Assembly (NCBI GenBank): GCA_045540535.1
Contig: JAZQHI010000153.1
Location: 1-60,571, forward strand
Direction of reading: 5' to 3'
DNA from: Acutalibacteraceae bacterium
GTDB taxonomy: Bacteria; Bacillota; Clostridia; Oscillospirales; Acutalibacteraceae
Length of the DNA: 60,571 nt
Shown here one piece after another: positions 33,967 through 44,671 of this stretch (the stretch's first letter is position 1; the number at the start of each line of letters is the position of its first letter). The notes beneath the pieces are model-generated. The model was not told the origin of the DNA and did no database searches. It worked only from the letters and a program-made list of their open reading frames with translations. A program made the position numbers and the translations under genes.

Positions 33967-34248
33967 TTACTTTTTAATTACCATAACGCGTAAAACGCCA
34001 TCGGTAATCTTTACAATACGCTCGAGTTCAGCGGGGAAATTAGGCTCGCTTTCGAAGTTGTAGAAAACGTAATAACCCTCAGCCTCGTCATTGATAAGGT
34101 AAGCAAGACGGCGCTTGCCCCAATCATCAACACTTTCGATTGTACCGTTTTTTGCGATAAGGTCATTAATCTTTTCCTTTAATGCTGCGGTGGCTTCTTC
34201 GCCGCCTGCTACTGAAAAGATAACGCCTGCCTCGTACTTGTTGGTCAT
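33967..34248 (-). CDS. rpsF: 30S ribosomal protein S6
   Basis: Start moved to ATG 34248 (GGGAGGTG RBS). YEAGVIFS...WGKRRLAY motif. Confidence 0.9.
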   Translation of the reverse strand: MTNKYEAGVIFSVAGGEEATAALKEKINDLIAKNGTIESVDDWGKRRLAYLINDEAEGYYVFYNFESEPNFPAELERIVKITDGVLRVMVIKK

Positions 34249-34432
34249 TCTCTTTGCACCTCCCTTTGGACTTTTGGCTTCGCTCACAGTCGAAGCAAGG
34301 AACTAATGGATAAAAAACATACTTTTCCATTAAGCAAACTGTATTATAACAACTTAAATTTCTTTTGTCAATAAAAATATTGATTTTTTCGGAAAATATA
34401 ATATAATATTCTTGAAAAGGAACGGTGATATT

Positions 34433-35197
34433 ATGCTTCTTGCAGTTGATATAGGTAATACGAATATAACCTTGGGTGCTTATGATACCGGTATGTTGGC
34501 TTTTACGGCAAGGCTTGCAACCGAAACTGCCAAAACTGCCGACCAATATGCAGTGGAACTTAAAAATCTGCTTGCGCTCAACGAAATTGAAAGTTATGAG
34601 ATAGAGGACTGCATTATTTCCTCGGTAGTGCCTGCAGTTGCAAAAAGTATAAGTGCGGCGGTTTCAAAACTTTGTCACATAGTGCCGCTTATGTTAGGAC
34701 CCGGTGTAAAAACGGGACTTAATATTAAAATAGATAATCCGGCTCAACTCGGTGCCGATTTGGTGGCAGGTGCGGTTGGCGCGCTTGAAGCCTATACAAT
34801 GCCCTGTGTTATAATCGATATGGGAACGGCTTCAACAGTAAGCGTGCTTGACAGAAACGGTACATTTTTAGGCGGTGTAATCGCCGCAGGTGTAAGGCTG
34901 ACCCTTAAGGCGCTTACCGAAAATACTGCGCAACTTACATCTATCCCGATAGAAGCGCCGCAGTCGGTTATAGGCAGAAATACGGTTGAATGTATGCAGT
35001 CGGGGTTAGTTTACGGTACTGCCGCTATGATTGACGGCTTGCTGGAACAAATTGAAGAAGAACTCGGCGAAGTACCTACCGTTGTTGCAACGGGCGGACT
35101 TTCTAAAGAGATAATCACACATTGTAAAAAAGATATAATATACAGCGAAAATCTGTTGCTTGACGGATTAAGGGCAATATACGAAAAAAACAATTAG
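34433..35197 (+). CDS. coaX: Type III pantothenate kinase
   Basis: MLLAVDIGNTN start, IIDMGTA and ATGG motifs. Start moved to ATG 34433. Confidence 0.9.
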   Translation: MLLAVDIGNTNITLGAYDTGMLAFTARLATETAKTADQYAVELKNLLALNEIESYEIEDCIISSVVPAVAKSISAAVSKLCHIVPLMLGPGVKTGLNIKIDNPAQLGADLVAGAVGALEAYTMPCVIIDMGTASTVSVLDRNGTFLGGVIAAGVRLTLKALTENTAQLTSIPIEAPQSVIGRNTVECMQSGLVYGTAAMIDGLLEQIEEELGEVPTVVATGGLSKEIITHCKKDIIYSENLLLDGLRAIYEKNN

Positions 35198-35420
35198 GAT
35201 TAACGAGTATTTTAACAAAGTATGAGTGAAAATTCGCCTTTTAAAAACAGAATTCGGATTATTCGCTCTGCCCTAGGCATTTACTTAAAAAGCAAAAGTG
35301 TAAAGAGGAAAACCCAAAACGCCGAATTTTTAGTTTCCATCTAAAATACACAAATGCTTTTCTAAGTTTGCAATATATTATTTGAACTGTATCGAAAGAA
35401 CAGTATCGGAGGTAATTTAA

Positions 35421-36017
35421 ATGACAAATTCAGAAAAAAGAAAAAAACAGACTAAAACCTTAGTTTTAGGTTCGGTAATGACAGCGCTTGTTATTATACT
35501 GCAGTTAATAGGTACCGCAACCACATTTTTCGGTCCCTTTTCAACGGCAGTAGCACTTGTTCCCATTGTAATCGGCGCGGCTATGTGCGGAACGGCAGTA
35601 GGCGCGTGGCTTGGGTTTGTGTTTGGCGTAGTAGTACTGGTTTCGGGTGGAGCGGCGCTGTTTTTCGCGTTTGATGTTCCCGGAACATTTGTTACCGTAC
35701 TCTTAAAGGGTACTGCTTGCGGATTAGCGGCAGGTATAGTTTATAAATTGCTTGAAAAAGTTAACCGTTATTTAGCGGTTATTGCGGCGGCGCTTGTATG
35801 CCCCGTAGTTAATACTTCGGTATTTTTATTAGGTTGTTTTGTGTTCTTTATGGACAGTGCCGACCAGATTGCCGCTCAGTTAGGATTAGAGGTTAGCGGT
35901 ATGGCTTTGTTCTGGGCGCTTGCAATGGGCAACTTCCTTTTAGAACTCGCTACTAACATAGTTTTAAGCCCTGTAATAGTAAGGGTTCTTAGTATTGAGA
36001 AAAAATCAAAACTGTAG
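35421..36017 (+). CDS. ECF-transporter S component (substrate unknown; pantothenate suggested only by its position next to coaX)
   Basis: 198 aa, 6 TM helices, Gly/Ala-rich helices typical of ECF S components. Confidence 0.6.
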   Translation: MTNSEKRKKQTKTLVLGSVMTALVIILQLIGTATTFFGPFSTAVALVPIVIGAAMCGTAVGAWLGFVFGVVVLVSGGAALFFAFDVPGTFVTVLLKGTACGLAAGIVYKLLEKVNRYLAVIAAALVCPVVNTSVFLLGCFVFFMDSADQIAAQLGLEVSGMALFWALAMGNFLLELATNIVLSPVIVRVLSIEKKSKL

Positions 36018-36026
36018 GAGAACTTT

Positions 36027-36944
36027 ATGGCATTTTTGCATTTTTTAGAAGATTTACGCAATCCTTTTTGCGACGCCTTTTTTTCGCTTATAACCCATTT
36101 AGGAGAAGAAACATTTTTTATAGTATTCGGCCTTATATTCTTTTGGTGTATAAGTAAAAAAGAGGGTTATTATCTTTTATCCATCGGTTTTATAGGCACG
36201 GTTGTAAATCAGTTTTTAAAAATATTTTTCAGAATTCCGCGCCCGTGGGTTAAAGATAAAAGTTTTACTATTGTTGAGTCGGCTAAGGCGGAAGCCACGG
36301 GCTATTCTTTCCCAAGCGGACATACGCAGTCCTCGGTCGGAATATTCGGCGGTATAGCGCGTTGGAATAAATCAGGTCTTATAAGAATAATATGTATAGT
36401 GCTTTGCGTATTAGTTCCTTTTTCGCGAATGTATTTGGGGGTGCATACTCCAAGTGACGTTTTGGTGTCCCTTGTGATTTCGCTCGCACTTATTTTCGGA
36501 CTATACCCTCTTATATATAAGTGTTTTGATAATACCAATGCTATGCGCATCTTGCTGATTGTTATAGTTTTACTGTCATTAGGATTTTTGGCTTTTGTTC
36601 TAATCTTCGAGTTCCCGAAAGATGTTGACATTAATAATCTTGAAAGCGCTACTAAAAATGCATATAAAATGCTTGGCTGTACATTAGGTATACTTATTGC
36701 TTTTGAAGTTGATAATAAGTTTATAGATTTTGATACAAGCGGCAGTTTCTTAGTTCAAGTACTTAAGTTTGTAATCGGTGTAATACCCCTTTTAATAATA
36801 AAATCGGGGCTAAAAACTCCGCTTTATACACTTTTTGGCGGCAGTTTTCTGGCTGATGGTGTTCGTTATTTACTTATAGTAATTTTTGCCGGTTGTATCT
36901 GGCCGCTTACCTTTAAATATTTTAAAAAACTTGATAAGAAGTAA
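36027..36944 (+). CDS. PAP2-family lipid phosphatase
   Basis: KIFFRIPRPW, SFPSGHT and SRMYLGVHTPSDV (the three PAP2 motifs) plus additional C-terminal TM helices. Confidence 0.85.
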   Translation: MAFLHFLEDLRNPFCDAFFSLITHLGEETFFIVFGLIFFWCISKKEGYYLLSIGFIGTVVNQFLKIFFRIPRPWVKDKSFTIVESAKAEATGYSFPSGHTQSSVGIFGGIARWNKSGLIRIICIVLCVLVPFSRMYLGVHTPSDVLVSLVISLALIFGLYPLIYKCFDNTNAMRILLIVIVLLSLGFLAFVLIFEFPKDVDINNLESATKNAYKMLGCTLGILIAFEVDNKFIDFDTSGSFLVQVLKFVIGVIPLLIIKSGLKTPLYTLFGGSFLADGVRYLLIVIFAGCIWPLTFKYFKKLDKK

Positions 36945-36980
36945 ATAAAAAACAGTCGTTCATTGAACGACTGTTTTTTA
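36945..36980. terminator. Bidirectional terminator
   Basis: AAAAAACAGTCGTTC-ATT-GAACGACTGTTTTTT between convergent genes. Confidence 0.8.
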
Positions 36981-36984
36981 TAGT

Positions 36985-37410
36985 TTATGGTTCACATTTC
37001 TGGCAGGGACTGTATCCAAGGTTTAAAAAATCATCTCGGTTGCTTGTAATAAAACGGTATTCTTCTTTTATGTTTTTTGCGGAACCGCAGGTCGTTTTAT
37101 GAAAGATTTTACCGTTTAAACTGCCAATATACTGAATTTTAGCGGTACTTTCACTGTCGGGTGTTTTGTTTTCATTAGTTGTAGAATAAGTTTCCTGTGG
37201 TTTACTTTCTACCGTTACTTTACTCGCGTCAACTGTGCCGTAATCGGATTTCGAAGAATCTTTTATTCTATAACCGTTTACGGTGTTATCGGTGGGCATA
37301 TTTATTTTTACGGGTTTTCTTGCACTTGAAGTGTCTGTTTCATTGCAACCTGTAACAGTAAAGGTCAGGAATAATGTTAAAAATAAAACCGAAAGTATTT
37401 TCAAACTCAC
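36985..37410 (-). CDS. Lipoprotein with C-terminal Cys-containing (Ada-Zn-like) motif
   Basis: LTFTVTGC lipobox. C-terminal HKTTCGSAKNI...GYSPCQKC. Confidence 0.55.
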   Translation of the reverse strand: MSLKILSVLFLTLFLTFTVTGCNETDTSSARKPVKINMPTDNTVNGYRIKDSSKSDYGTVDASKVTVESKPQETYSTTNENKTPDSESTAKIQYIGSLNGKIFHKTTCGSAKNIKEEYRFITSNRDDFLNLGYSPCQKCEP

Positions 37411-37458
37411 ACCAACTTTATTAAAAAGATATTTAAAAGTATATATCTTAATTTATTA

Positions 37459-39786
37459 TCAGTCAAGTTTTAAGATTAATTCAAGTATTCTTTTTATACA
37501 AACTTCAAGGTGTGCGCGGGTAATTCGGCCTGATTTTAGCGATTCGGTAAGTTCTTCTATTTTACCGTAAGGCATTCTAAGGTCGTTGCCTGCAATAATG
37601 CAGTCGCTATGGTCGCCTGCGGCGTCCCAATCGGTCATAACCATTCCTTTGTAACCCCATTCACCTCTTAAAATTCCTGAGAGCAGTTCAAAGTTTGCGT
37701 TGCATCTGACCGCGTTTATAATGTTATAACTTGACATTATTGCCCAAGGGTCAGCCTCTTTTACGCAAATTTCAAAGCCGCGTAAATAAATTTCTCTGAG
37801 CGCACGTTCGGAAACTCGGCTGTCGCTGTAATGACGGTTGGTTTCCTTATTATTGCAGGCAAAGTGTTTTGGAGTTGCAACTATTTTTTCGCTTTGAATA
37901 CCGCGTACCTTGGCGGCGGCGAATTTACCTGCAATTAACGGGTCTTCACCAAAGTATTCAAAATTTCTGCCGCAAAGGGGATTTCGGTGGATATTAAGTG
38001 CAGGTGTAAGCCAGATGGCAAGTCCGTTTTCTTTACATTCAAGTGCACCTGCTTTTCCTATTTCGTAAGCAAGTTCGGGGTCCCAGGTGCAAGCAATAAG
38101 TGTAGCACAAGGCCAAGCGGTAGTGGCAATACCTGTTTTTGGGTCTAAACGTACCCCTGCAGGACCGTCAACCGTCATAAGTGAGGGTATTCCAAGTTCA
38201 TAAATATCACCGAAACCGAGAGTATTTGCAAGACCGCGGTTGCGTACACCACCCGCTAATCTTATTAACTGTTCGTCGGTGATTTGGGTTAAAAATTCGT
38301 CAAGAGTGATGTTGCCTTTTGCTACCTCTTCAAGTTTTATTATCATATCAGGATTAGGTCTGGTTGCGGTGTTTACGGGGGCGGGTAAATCGCTGTAATC
38401 CTTTATCGGAAAATCGGGGAGTTGTTCAAAACTTCCGTCCGAGAGCATTCTTTTACCTAACTTGTTAGGCGCACAACGCTGTTTTAATTGTTTTGTAACA
38501 ATGAAATCTTCCGTAACTGTGTAGCGGTAATCGGCGGCGGTAAGATTGCGGCAATTATTACCTGCAAAGAATATATACTCGCCCTTTTCAAGTAAGAATG
38601 CCGATTTTTGCAGTTTTCCGAGGTCATCGTAACTAGCCATATCGGAAATATTGAATTGGGTTACAATATCTTCACTGGCATTTGGCTCTAAAAGGCCGGT
38701 CTTTTTAAAACCTATAAGCGAAATCTTAGGTTTGCCGAGCAATCCGTCAGGTGCGGAATAATAAACCTGAACAACCTCTTTACCGCTTACATTGCCTATG
38801 TTTTTAACGGTTACGGCAACTTCAATTTTTCCGTCTTTAAGAGTGGCTATAGGTTTGCTTATTTCAAAATCGGTATAAGAAAGACCGTAACCGAAAGGGT
38901 AGTTTACCTTTTTATAAGCATCGGGAACGGTTTCAAAATAACGGTAACCTACATAAATATCTTCAAAATAGCAAACATAATCGCGACTTTCTTTAAATGT
39001 TTCGGCACTCGGGTAATCGGCGAATTCTTTTGCAAAAGTATCGGTAAGTTTGCCCGATGGATTAACATCACCGCAAAGAATATCCGCGATAGCGAGTCCG
39101 CCCTCTATACCTGCCTGCCAGGCAAGGAGTGCGGCATCTATTTTTTCGTTTTCTTTTATCCAGGAAACATCTATCATTCCGCCAACGTCAAGCACCGCAA
39201 CACTGTGTTCAAAAGCGGCGGTTACTTCGTTTACCATTTTTTGTTCGGTATCGGTAAGGTAGAAATCACCTTTTTCGCTTGAACGGTCAGACCCCTCGCC
39301 CGAATTTCTGTGTATAGTAATAATTGCTACATCTGCCTGTTTTGCGGCATCTTTAATCAGTTTTTGGGGAACCTCGATTTCTGCAAACATACCGTAATTG
39401 GCATTTTCTTTTAATTTTTCTACACAGTAGTCGTAATAGAATTTAGTAACGGGTTCGTAAACAGAAACATTTGGGGATTTTAACATAAAACCTTCGTAAA
39501 TATTGCGCACATATTCGGAATAAACCATTCCGCTTCCTGTGCCGCCTTTTACGTAGTCAATACTGCCAATGCCGAAAAGGGCGACCTTTGTTTTCTTTTT
39601 AAGGGGTAGAATACCGTTATTTTCAAGCAGTACCATACCTTCATGTGCTACCTTGCGTGAGAGTTCAATATGCTCCTTAGAACCCGTAACGCGTTTGCCG
39701 TTTTCACCAAGGGCTGTGGTGATATTAAAATTGTATCTTGCCCATTTGCCCGATTCTACTTTGTCGTTTGCTCTGATAATGTTCAT
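37459..39786 (-). CDS. Glycoside hydrolase family 3 (beta-glucosidase/xylosidase-like)
   Basis: Start moved to ATG 39786 (GGGAGG RBS). GH3 motifs GFKGMV-like WGYKGMVMTDW, FGYGLSYT, and SGEGSDR in the second domain. Confidence 0.85.
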   Translation of the reverse strand: MNIIRANDKVESGKWARYNFNITTALGENGKRVTGSKEHIELSRKVAHEGMVLLENNGILPLKKKTKVALFGIGSIDYVKGGTGSGMVYSEYVRNIYEGFMLKSPNVSVYEPVTKFYYDYCVEKLKENANYGMFAEIEVPQKLIKDAAKQADVAIITIHRNSGEGSDRSSEKGDFYLTDTEQKMVNEVTAAFEHSVAVLDVGGMIDVSWIKENEKIDAALLAWQAGIEGGLAIADILCGDVNPSGKLTDTFAKEFADYPSAETFKESRDYVCYFEDIYVGYRYFETVPDAYKKVNYPFGYGLSYTDFEISKPIATLKDGKIEVAVTVKNIGNVSGKEVVQVYYSAPDGLLGKPKISLIGFKKTGLLEPNASEDIVTQFNISDMASYDDLGKLQKSAFLLEKGEYIFFAGNNCRNLTAADYRYTVTEDFIVTKQLKQRCAPNKLGKRMLSDGSFEQLPDFPIKDYSDLPAPVNTATRPNPDMIIKLEEVAKGNITLDEFLTQITDEQLIRLAGGVRNRGLANTLGFGDIYELGIPSLMTVDGPAGVRLDPKTGIATTAWPCATLIACTWDPELAYEIGKAGALECKENGLAIWLTPALNIHRNPLCGRNFEYFGEDPLIAGKFAAAKVRGIQSEKIVATPKHFACNNKETNRHYSDSRVSERALREIYLRGFEICVKEADPWAIMSSYNIINAVRCNANFELLSGILRGEWGYKGMVMTDWDAAGDHSDCIIAGNDLRMPYGKIEELTESLKSGRITRAHLEVCIKRILELILKLD

Positions 39787-39897
39787 AAAATTTACCTCCC
39801 GAAATTCAATTTCTAATTGAATTTTAGGACAAATTATGCTATAATACAAGTAAATAAAAGTGAAATTCAGGACAAAAAATTCAAATTTGGTGATTTG

Positions 39898-40704
39898 ATG
39901 AAAAATATATTACGCGAAGTTAAAAAAGGAATAAGTTTTTATACTTGCGATAACATTAATTTTCCTGCTCACGTTCACGAGGATATTGAGTTGATTTTTG
40001 TAAAACAGGGCGCGGTTACGGCTTTTTGCGATGGTAAAGAATATATGCTTACGAAAAATTCGGTTTTTTTGATTTTCCCTAATCAGATTCACCGCTATGT
40101 AAACTCGAATGACGGAGACTATGTAGTTTTAATAATAAAACCCTCTTTTTTGCTGCGTTACACCGAAATTTTTATTGAGGGCGAACCCGTTTCTTCGCTA
40201 TACAGGTTTAATGACGGGGAGGATGATAATGCAATATTCTTACTTGAAACTGCATTAAAAGAATTTTCGCGTGACGGTTTCAGTGATGTAATAGCCGCGT
40301 ATCTGACCGCGTTTTTTGGAAAAATTTTAAAGTTTTACAACATTGAAAAGGACCGTTTTTCAAGAAATACTGTTCTGCAGATATTGGAATACTGTTCAAA
40401 ACATTACAGAGAGGAGATAACCATAAGCGAAATTGCAGATAAACTTCACATGAGCCGAAGTTGTGTTTCGCATATATTCAGCAAACGTCTTGCGATAAAT
40501 TTTTGCGAATATATAAACACTTTGCGGTTGTCTGATGCGGTTAAGTTATTAAAAAACAAAAATTATTCTATAACCGAAATTGCAGATATTTCGGGTTTTG
40601 GAACTATACGAACATTTAATAGGGCATTTTTGAAACATTACGGTATTTCACCGTCGGAATACAGGAAAAAATTATCTAAAGTACAGGAGGAAAGGGAAGT
40701 ATGA
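39898..40704 (+). CDS. AraC-family transcriptional regulator
   Basis: Cupin-like N-terminus and C-terminal ITEIADISGFGTIRTFNRAFLKHYGISPSEYRK HTH. Divergent from the GH3 gene. The start is uncertain (39817 or 39898). Confidence 0.8.
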   Translation: MKNILREVKKGISFYTCDNINFPAHVHEDIELIFVKQGAVTAFCDGKEYMLTKNSVFLIFPNQIHRYVNSNDGDYVVLIIKPSFLLRYTEIFIEGEPVSSLYRFNDGEDDNAIFLLETALKEFSRDGFSDVIAAYLTAFFGKILKFYNIEKDRFSRNTVLQILEYCSKHYREEITISEIADKLHMSRSCVSHIFSKRLAINFCEYINTLRLSDAVKLLKNKNYSITEIADISGFGTIRTFNRAFLKHYGISPSEYRKKLSKVQEEREV

Positions 40705-41462
40705 ATCTTGTTTTGTTAACGGCGCTCGGTGTCGGCGGCGCTACGGTAATCGGTTCGGTTATCGGTTTTGTTTTAAAAAAACCGACACACAAATTTAATG
40801 ATATTGTTCTTTCGTTTGCGGCAGGCGTTATGTTAGCGGCGGCGGTTATCGGTCTTATAATGCCCTCGCTTGAATATAACAAAGGTTTTTTAGCAATAAT
40901 TATTACAGGTGCAGGTATTTTTTGCGGTGCAGTAGTTCTTAATTTGATTGATAAAATAGTACCGCATCTTCATAAAATGACGGGGGCTGATACTGAACAC
41001 CACCCTGATAAAACCGAAAGCCTTAATAAAGTTTTGCTATTTGTAATTGCTATTGCTATTCACAATTTGCCCGAGGGTATTGCCGCAGGAGTAAGTTTTG
41101 GCAGCGAGAATATAACTCAGGCAATAACTGTAGCAGGGGGTATAGCGCTTCAGAATATCCCTGAGGGTATGGTTATAATTGCGCCTATGCTTTCGGCAGG
41201 GGTCAGCGCTAAAAGAACCTTTATAATTGCGCTTATAACGGGTATAGTAGAAGTTATAGGTACATTCATAGGTTTTTTCGCGGTAAGCATTTCGGTGGCG
41301 GTTTTGCCCTTTGCCTTAGCATTTGCGGGCGGCACAATGCTTTATGTAATAAGCGACGAAATGATACCTGAAACTCATGCTCACGGTAACGAACGTGGGG
41401 CTACCTACTCATTGCTTGCAGGGTTTATGCTTATGTTAGCATTCGATTATTTATTGGGTTAA
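40701..41462 (+). CDS. ZIP-family metal transporter (ZupT-like)
   Basis: 253 aa. HNLPEGIAAG and QNIPEGM motifs. 4-nt overlap with the upstream gene. Confidence 0.85.
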   Translation: MNLVLLTALGVGGATVIGSVIGFVLKKPTHKFNDIVLSFAAGVMLAAAVIGLIMPSLEYNKGFLAIIITGAGIFCGAVVLNLIDKIVPHLHKMTGADTEHHPDKTESLNKVLLFVIAIAIHNLPEGIAAGVSFGSENITQAITVAGGIALQNIPEGMVIIAPMLSAGVSAKRTFIIALITGIVEVIGTFIGFFAVSISVAVLPFALAFAGGTMLYVISDEMIPETHAHGNERGATYSLLAGFMLMLAFDYLLG

Positions 41463-41493
41463 AAAATTAAAAGAAAAATAAGGAGAAAGTAAT

Positions 41494-41802
41494 ATGTCAG
41501 TAATTAAAGTAACTAAAGGAAATTTTGAATCAGAAGTTTTAAAAAGTGATAAAAAGGTTTTGCTTGATTTTTATGCCGATTGGTGCGGTCCGTGCAGAAT
41601 GGTATCGCCTATAGTGGAGGAAATTGCTAAAGAATACCCCGAATATAAGGTTTGCAAAATTAATGTTGACGAGGAAACCGAACTGGCATCCGAATTTCAG
41701 GTTATGAGCATACCGTCGCTTTTTGTAGTAGAAAACGGAAAGGTGTTAAACGGTTCGCTCGGTGCTAAAACTAAAGCGCAAATACTTGATATGTTAAAAT
41801 AG
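41494..41802 (+). CDS. trxA: Thioredoxin
   Basis: 102 aa, WCGPC active site. Confidence 0.95.
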   Translation: MSVIKVTKGNFESEVLKSDKKVLLDFYADWCGPCRMVSPIVEEIAKEYPEYKVCKINVDEETELASEFQVMSIPSLFVVENGKVLNGSLGAKTKAQILDMLK

Positions 41803-41815
41803 GGGAGTAAAAATA

Positions 41816-42736
41816 TTGGAAAATAAAGTTTATGATACCGTAATTATAGGCGGCGGTCCTGCAGGGTATACGGCGGCAATGTATGCTGTAAGAGCGGGGC
41901 TTAGCACCTGTGTTTTAGAAAAATTTTCGGCAGGCGGTCAAATGACCTTAACCGATGTTATTGATAATTACCCCGGTTTTGACGAGGGGGTAGACGGTTT
42001 TACTTTAGGCTTTAAGATGAAGCAGGGCGCAGAGAGGTTTGGCGCTGAAACTTTGCAAACTGAACTGCTTTCGGCAGATTTAAAAGAGTATCCTAAAAAA
42101 CTTGTTACCGATAGCGGTACGCTATATGCCAAAACGGTTATAATTGCTACAGGCGCGGAACATAAAAATTTAGGTCTTAATGGTGAAGAAAACCTTGTGG
42201 GAAAAGGTATCAGTTATTGTGCCGCGTGTGACGGTATGCTTTACAGGGGTAAAACCGTTGCGGTAATAGGCGGCGGCAACTCTGCCGCGGCGGATGCCTT
42301 ACTGCTTTCTAAAATTTGTGCTAAGGTTTATGTTATACACCGCCGTGACACAATGCGCGCTACGAAAATTTATCACGAGCCGTTATTAAAGGCAGAGAAT
42401 GTTGAATTTAAGTGGGAAAGTGTTGCAGAAGAATTTTTGTTTGACCAAAAATTGACAGGCATTAAAATAAGAGATAAAAACGGTGAACTTTCGGAAATTA
42501 AGTTGGACGGACTTTTTATAAGCATAGGTAGAAAACCTGTGACCGAGTTGTTTAAAGAAGATTTAGAACTTGACCGTTCTGGATACATTGTAGCAGATGA
42601 AACCACCAAAACTAATATTGACGGTGTTTTTGCTATAGGTGATGTGCGGACAAAAATTGTTCGTCAGATTGTGACTGCCGCGGCAGACGGCGCAGTAGCA
42701 GTACATTTTGCGGAAGAATTTTTGGCGGATAAATAA
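41816..42736 (+). CDS. trxB: Thioredoxin-disulfide reductase
   Basis: 306 aa. GGGPAGYTAA FAD motif, CAACDG redox site, GGGNSA NADPH motif. TTG start. Confidence 0.92.
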   Translation: MENKVYDTVIIGGGPAGYTAAMYAVRAGLSTCVLEKFSAGGQMTLTDVIDNYPGFDEGVDGFTLGFKMKQGAERFGAETLQTELLSADLKEYPKKLVTDSGTLYAKTVIIATGAEHKNLGLNGEENLVGKGISYCAACDGMLYRGKTVAVIGGGNSAAADALLLSKICAKVYVIHRRDTMRATKIYHEPLLKAENVEFKWESVAEEFLFDQKLTGIKIRDKNGELSEIKLDGLFISIGRKPVTELFKEDLELDRSGYIVADETTKTNIDGVFAIGDVRTKIVRQIVTAAADGAVAVHFAEEFLADK

Positions 42737-42834
42737 TAACCACATCATTATAAAACCTTGACTAAAATCGCAAATTTTAGTATAATAAATATAATTTTGA
42801 AGTTTGCGTTAACGAAAGGAAAAGGTGATTTAAT

Positions 42835-43158
42835 ATGATGGTGGCATTTATTAATTTGTTCTTTATACCGATGATAGCGGTGTATTTGCGCTATAAATTT
42901 AAAAAATGCGAAATGAAGTTTGATATTGAGTTGCTGTCAATTTATATGATAAGTTGCTCGTTAGTAACAGCAATTACACGTATGGTTTTTTACGTTTTTA
43001 ATTTCCTTTTACATATTGCGCGCCCCGAAATAGCCTCCTCTTTCCACTCGGTAGTGGCAATTATTATAGCAACTATGTTACCTATAATAATTAAAAATTT
43101 AGAATTTCGATTAGAGGATAAAATGGATGAAAAAAAAGAGGACACCGCTAAATCCTAA
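42835..43158 (+). CDS. Small membrane protein (3 TM), unknown
   Basis: 107 aa, hydrophobic. It overlaps the next gene by 32 nt. Confidence 0.45.
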   Translation: MMVAFINLFFIPMIAVYLRYKFKKCEMKFDIELLSIYMISCSLVTAITRMVFYVFNFLLHIARPEIASSFHSVVAIIIATMLPIIIKNLEFRLEDKMDEKKEDTAKS

Positions 43159-44668
43159 GTCAAAAAGAAAACTTGAATATACGGTTATAGGAATTCTGTT
43201 TTTATTGGCGTATACCTTTTATATTGTTTGTTATTGGTCTGTAGAAAACTTTGATTTCAGCATTGATCAAATTGTTTTTACACTAACAAACCCAATTGAA
43301 GGGTCGGATAATTCAACACTTTATTCGGTGCTTTCAACCTGCCTGCCGCGAGTTTTAATTGTTATAGTTTTGTACATAATTTTAACGGCTATAAATTGTA
43401 GTATAAAATCTGTTTTAAAAATTTCGCTTAAACTTAAAAAACGTGTTATTAAAATTGATTTAAGTGTATTTTTGCGCCGTTTTACAGCAGTACTTTCGGT
43501 AGTTTCTTTAATTTCAAGTTTTATTTATGCTGACAGTCATTACGGCATTGTAGAACACGTGAAAAACCGTTTATCCGAAACGGCAATTTATAAACGTGAG
43601 TATGTTGACCCGAAAGACGCTGATATAAGCCTTGCAACCAAGAACGGCAAGTATAAAAACCTGATTTACATTTATCTTGAAAGTATGGAAACCACATATA
43701 CTTCTAAAGCAGACGGCGGTCATCAAAAAGAATCTTATATACCAAATCTATCGCGAATTGCTAAGGAAAACATCTCCTTTTCCAATACCGAAAAACTCGG
43801 CGGTTTCAGGAGTTTATACGGCACAACCTATACATCGGGCGCTTTGCTTGCAACAAGTTCGGGCATACCTTACGCTTTTGACAGCCACGCTAATGACCAA
43901 ATCGAGAGCGGTGTTTTTGCTAAAGGACTTACTACTCTTGGAGATATTCTGAACGGTTTCGGTTATAACCAAGAATTTTTGTGCGGTTCGGACGCGGAGT
44001 TTGGTAACCGAAAAATGTATTTCACACAGCACGGCAACTATGAAATTTTTGATTTATTTACCGCGCGAGAAAAAGGTTATATCGACGAGGATTATTTCGT
44101 TTTCTGGGGATACGAAGATATGTATCTTTATGAAATAGCAAAGGATGAGTTGTTAAGATTATCCCAAATGGGAGAACCATTTAACTTTACAATGCTTACT
44201 GTTGATACGCATCATATATCGGGAAATATTTGCCCGATTTGCGAAAACACTTATGATATGCAGGTTAAAAATGTTATCAGTTGTGCCGACCGTCAGATTG
44301 CAGAATTTGTAAACTGGTTAAAAGAACAAAGTTTTTATAAGGATACAGTTATTGTTATAAGCGGTGACCATCCGCGAATGGATACGGATATTGTCGATGG
44401 AGTTTTTTACCCGAACAGAACAATATATAACTGTTTTATTAATAGTGTTGTAAGTGAAAATATCGCTACTAAAAACCGCGATTTTACTGCAATGGATATG
44501 TTCCCGACTACCTTGGCGGCTATGGGCTTTAAATGGAACGGTGACCGTTTGGGTCTTGGTACAAATCTGTTTTCGGCTTCAAAAACATTAAGTGAAGAAA
44601 TGGGTTATGAAAAACTAGATATAGAACTTAATAAGAGGTCGTCTTATTATATTAAAGAATTTTCGTAA
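43127..44668 (+). CDS. LTA-synthase/sulfatase-family phosphoglycerol transferase-like protein
   Basis: 513 aa. N-terminal TM helices, then an extracellular alkaline-phosphatase-superfamily domain (YLESMETTY, TVDTHH, SGDHP). Confidence 0.75.
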   Translation: MKKKRTPLNPKSKRKLEYTVIGILFLLAYTFYIVCYWSVENFDFSIDQIVFTLTNPIEGSDNSTLYSVLSTCLPRVLIVIVLYIILTAINCSIKSVLKISLKLKKRVIKIDLSVFLRRFTAVLSVVSLISSFIYADSHYGIVEHVKNRLSETAIYKREYVDPKDADISLATKNGKYKNLIYIYLESMETTYTSKADGGHQKESYIPNLSRIAKENISFSNTEKLGGFRSLYGTTYTSGALLATSSGIPYAFDSHANDQIESGVFAKGLTTLGDILNGFGYNQEFLCGSDAEFGNRKMYFTQHGNYEIFDLFTAREKGYIDEDYFVFWGYEDMYLYEIAKDELLRLSQMGEPFNFTMLTVDTHHISGNICPICENTYDMQVKNVISCADRQIAEFVNWLKEQSFYKDTVIVISGDHPRMDTDIVDGVFYPNRTIYNCFINSVVSENIATKNRDFTAMDMFPTTLAAMGFKWNGDRLGLGTNLFSASKTLSEEMGYEKLDIELNKRSSYYIKEFS

Positions 44669-44671
44669 ATT

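Noticed and set aside
34166-34546. 126-aa minus-strand ORF spanning the rpsF start and the coaX promoter region
   Set aside because: It is out of frame with rpsF and crosses a divergent intergenic region. The real rpsF start at 34248 has a strong RBS.
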